Position numbers and translations under genes: made by a program. Below the pieces are notes generated by a model. That model ran no database searches, was not told where the DNA came from, and saw nothing but the letters and a program-made list of their open reading frames with translations. From Microthyrium microscopicum (taxonomy: Eukaryota), in the NCBI GenBank assembly GCA_010405405.1, contig MU004231.1, positions 4,142,884 through 4,206,883 on the forward strand: 64,000 bases of DNA, given 5' to 3'. Positions 63,501 through 64,000 of the stretch are shown here, piece by piece. Position 1 is the first letter of the stretch. Each line of letters begins with the position of its first letter.

Positions 63501-64000
63501 ATCTTGAAGATTCCAATCCACTTGTTTCCGATACAGGGCTGCCAGGTTCTTGAATGTGAGTTACCGGCTTTGGCTCAAAAGCAGGTGCTAAGATGCCACC
63601 TGACCTGAGTATTTGTTGTTTTGGCTGAGGCGCAGCTATGGCAGACTTCACAGATGGCGTGTCATGCCTTGGTGCATTTCCAGTGACGACGGGCCCAGTA
63701 AACCAGCCACCCCTTCGAGGCGGGCGCTGCGCGACACTTGAGCTTGTTGGTGAAGAGTTTTGTGGTGACATGGGGCGTGAGAAGTTAACCGAGCGCCTAC
63801 TATTCTCTCGAGAAAGCTCCTGCAGTTGTGGTAAACGATTTACAGGCTTCGTTGTTGACCTGCGGCTTCCTTCGTCCAAGCTTGTTCCACGTTGATTCGA
63901 CCTTCCTGGGGAAGAGACGCCTTTTGAGGTCTGCTCCAAGCTAGATGATCTAGGTCGGCCTCCTCCGTATTTTCCCTGCAACTGCTGAGGTATGGACGGA
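60577..64000 (-). CDS. Large low-complexity Ser/Pro/Arg-rich protein, probably 5'-truncated by the window edge; possibly eisosome scaffold Seg1-like
   Basis: Over 1134 open codons reaching the window end; SPAKSALK, LPSFGS, DSVYEDAEED and SRFDDSDDD islands; basic C-terminus KKKFGSRFRKMMGIKK. Seg1 likeness is inference. Confidence 0.75.
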   Translation of the reverse strand, partial: PSIPQQLQGKYGGGRPRSSSLEQTSKGVSSPGRSNQRGTSLDEGSRRSTTKPVNRLPQLQELSRENSRRSVNFSRPMSPQNSSPTSSSVAQRPPRRGGWFTGPVVTGNAPRHDTPSVKSAIAAPQPKQQILRSGGILAPAFEPKPVTHIQEPGSPVSETSGLESSRWSESTAVDPIAPQPSQRLLIIDDNAGDGDTQMTGAKFSHQDVLTDGNHQDKPQGHAEEIGENFKLPTTQLSPVKDKNQRTSKSRTPSMSPPRAAHFDGATVLMNGQRHIPPERTASPAKSALKKAGQSPMLVPTKLDSPRAQSPTEAKRKKSVRINLEVTPGEESERSDGMKTSRYAPPTPVKLHHTFDEDLDEIMKPRRALPSFGSVRDPSREQTEASADERIGGLLSAHADSKESGSNGILRQSLLAGKGARREDADGTKHLDGDHSPLLPGENAQSSDDESGEGRQPETNTFEKEPAQSSTIADPVKQAAEAESTTTAVSIALTAPDITLQPPTPATEIEDWAIPGAFPETFAEPETASSSHHEKKPSVTFVTPTISKQTIVEEPNESSSEDDDSVYEDAEEDFDNGGFASLDRILEESTPAQVSKASKALDKETKPPLVSMDSVDTITLEKRLDEARLNSEGHEHNDEDVEPVKPTKSTESRQIRTKPVKATSNSKASSSLQQSKWSPRNTLRDTPSATTGSPRETRTLRQNKPKQNVLAPTLRRSGSADSASSFKRQRAASPRGFGQMSMRKSLRAGSMDVAPNDGRPFSVRSNNDRAFSVRSVSPVGSAQVRMRPSMRNSMPPRSFSDDNYNPKKRSSSRSSSLARFNPFTRSNKKAPQPQQIQQSRFGGDSDEDVTPRRQFVSRFDDSDDDMPSSPIASQPPRLAPVRGIPRRRDDADSTDLEDSDLDMPPVPTVQDVDKAHSPGVVDTGLASSKFAPKRPSSHKRWSFLHRGQKPSSKDAPPVPPVPAVPAVSASPPRVASPARVASPARVASPARVASPARVASPARVVSPRPASPITPSPQRATKLLRKKRNKNSPLAPTQNEWPLAPPRFGDLNDRPISADGPVDRRPLGARIDMGQRRSSANDVLSNQLQTEATTNGAPIDDRILVDANGKGPDVEQDTKMMVPEGKKKFGSRFRKMMGIKK
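60983..61099 (-). repeat. Coding 18-bp minisatellite (ASPARV)n
   Basis: ggagatgctacgcgtgct perfect at 61001, 61019, 61037 and 61055, with degenerate flanking copies. Confidence 0.97.

Overview
Gene-dense eukaryotic DNA from a filamentous ascomycete (Pezizomycotina; short GT-AG introns with CTRAY branch sites; Dothideomycete-like by inference only). About 23 intron-containing genes can be assembled by hand. Most are housekeeping genes: COX6/COX5A, PRE6, DLD2, a CHY zinc finger, a WD40 inositol 5-phosphatase, TAL1, SOD1, Tudor-SN, SHO1, ro-10, an AVT transporter, AIM6-like, CYK3, a nitronate monooxygenase and a CASTOR-like ACT protein. Accessory patches contain a small secreted protein, a HeLo/SesA-like gene, an SDR + TRI12-type MFS pair, an AA9 LPMO, a heavily RIP-mutated Fot1/pogo transposon and a CBM18/PAN secreted protein. 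Three observations stand out. (1) An HDA2/3-like histone-deacetylase subunit has its stop codon inside a splice donor, so splicing would fuse it in frame to a C2H2 zinc-finger/AT-hook protein; three tandem hairpin repeats follow. (2) A probable CAG>TAG (RIP-type) nonsense codon lies in the chitin-binding secreted gene next to the RIPped transposon. (3) A second degenerate palindromic repeat array sits at 12.5 kb. All family assignments come from motif recognition by eye; no searches were run.
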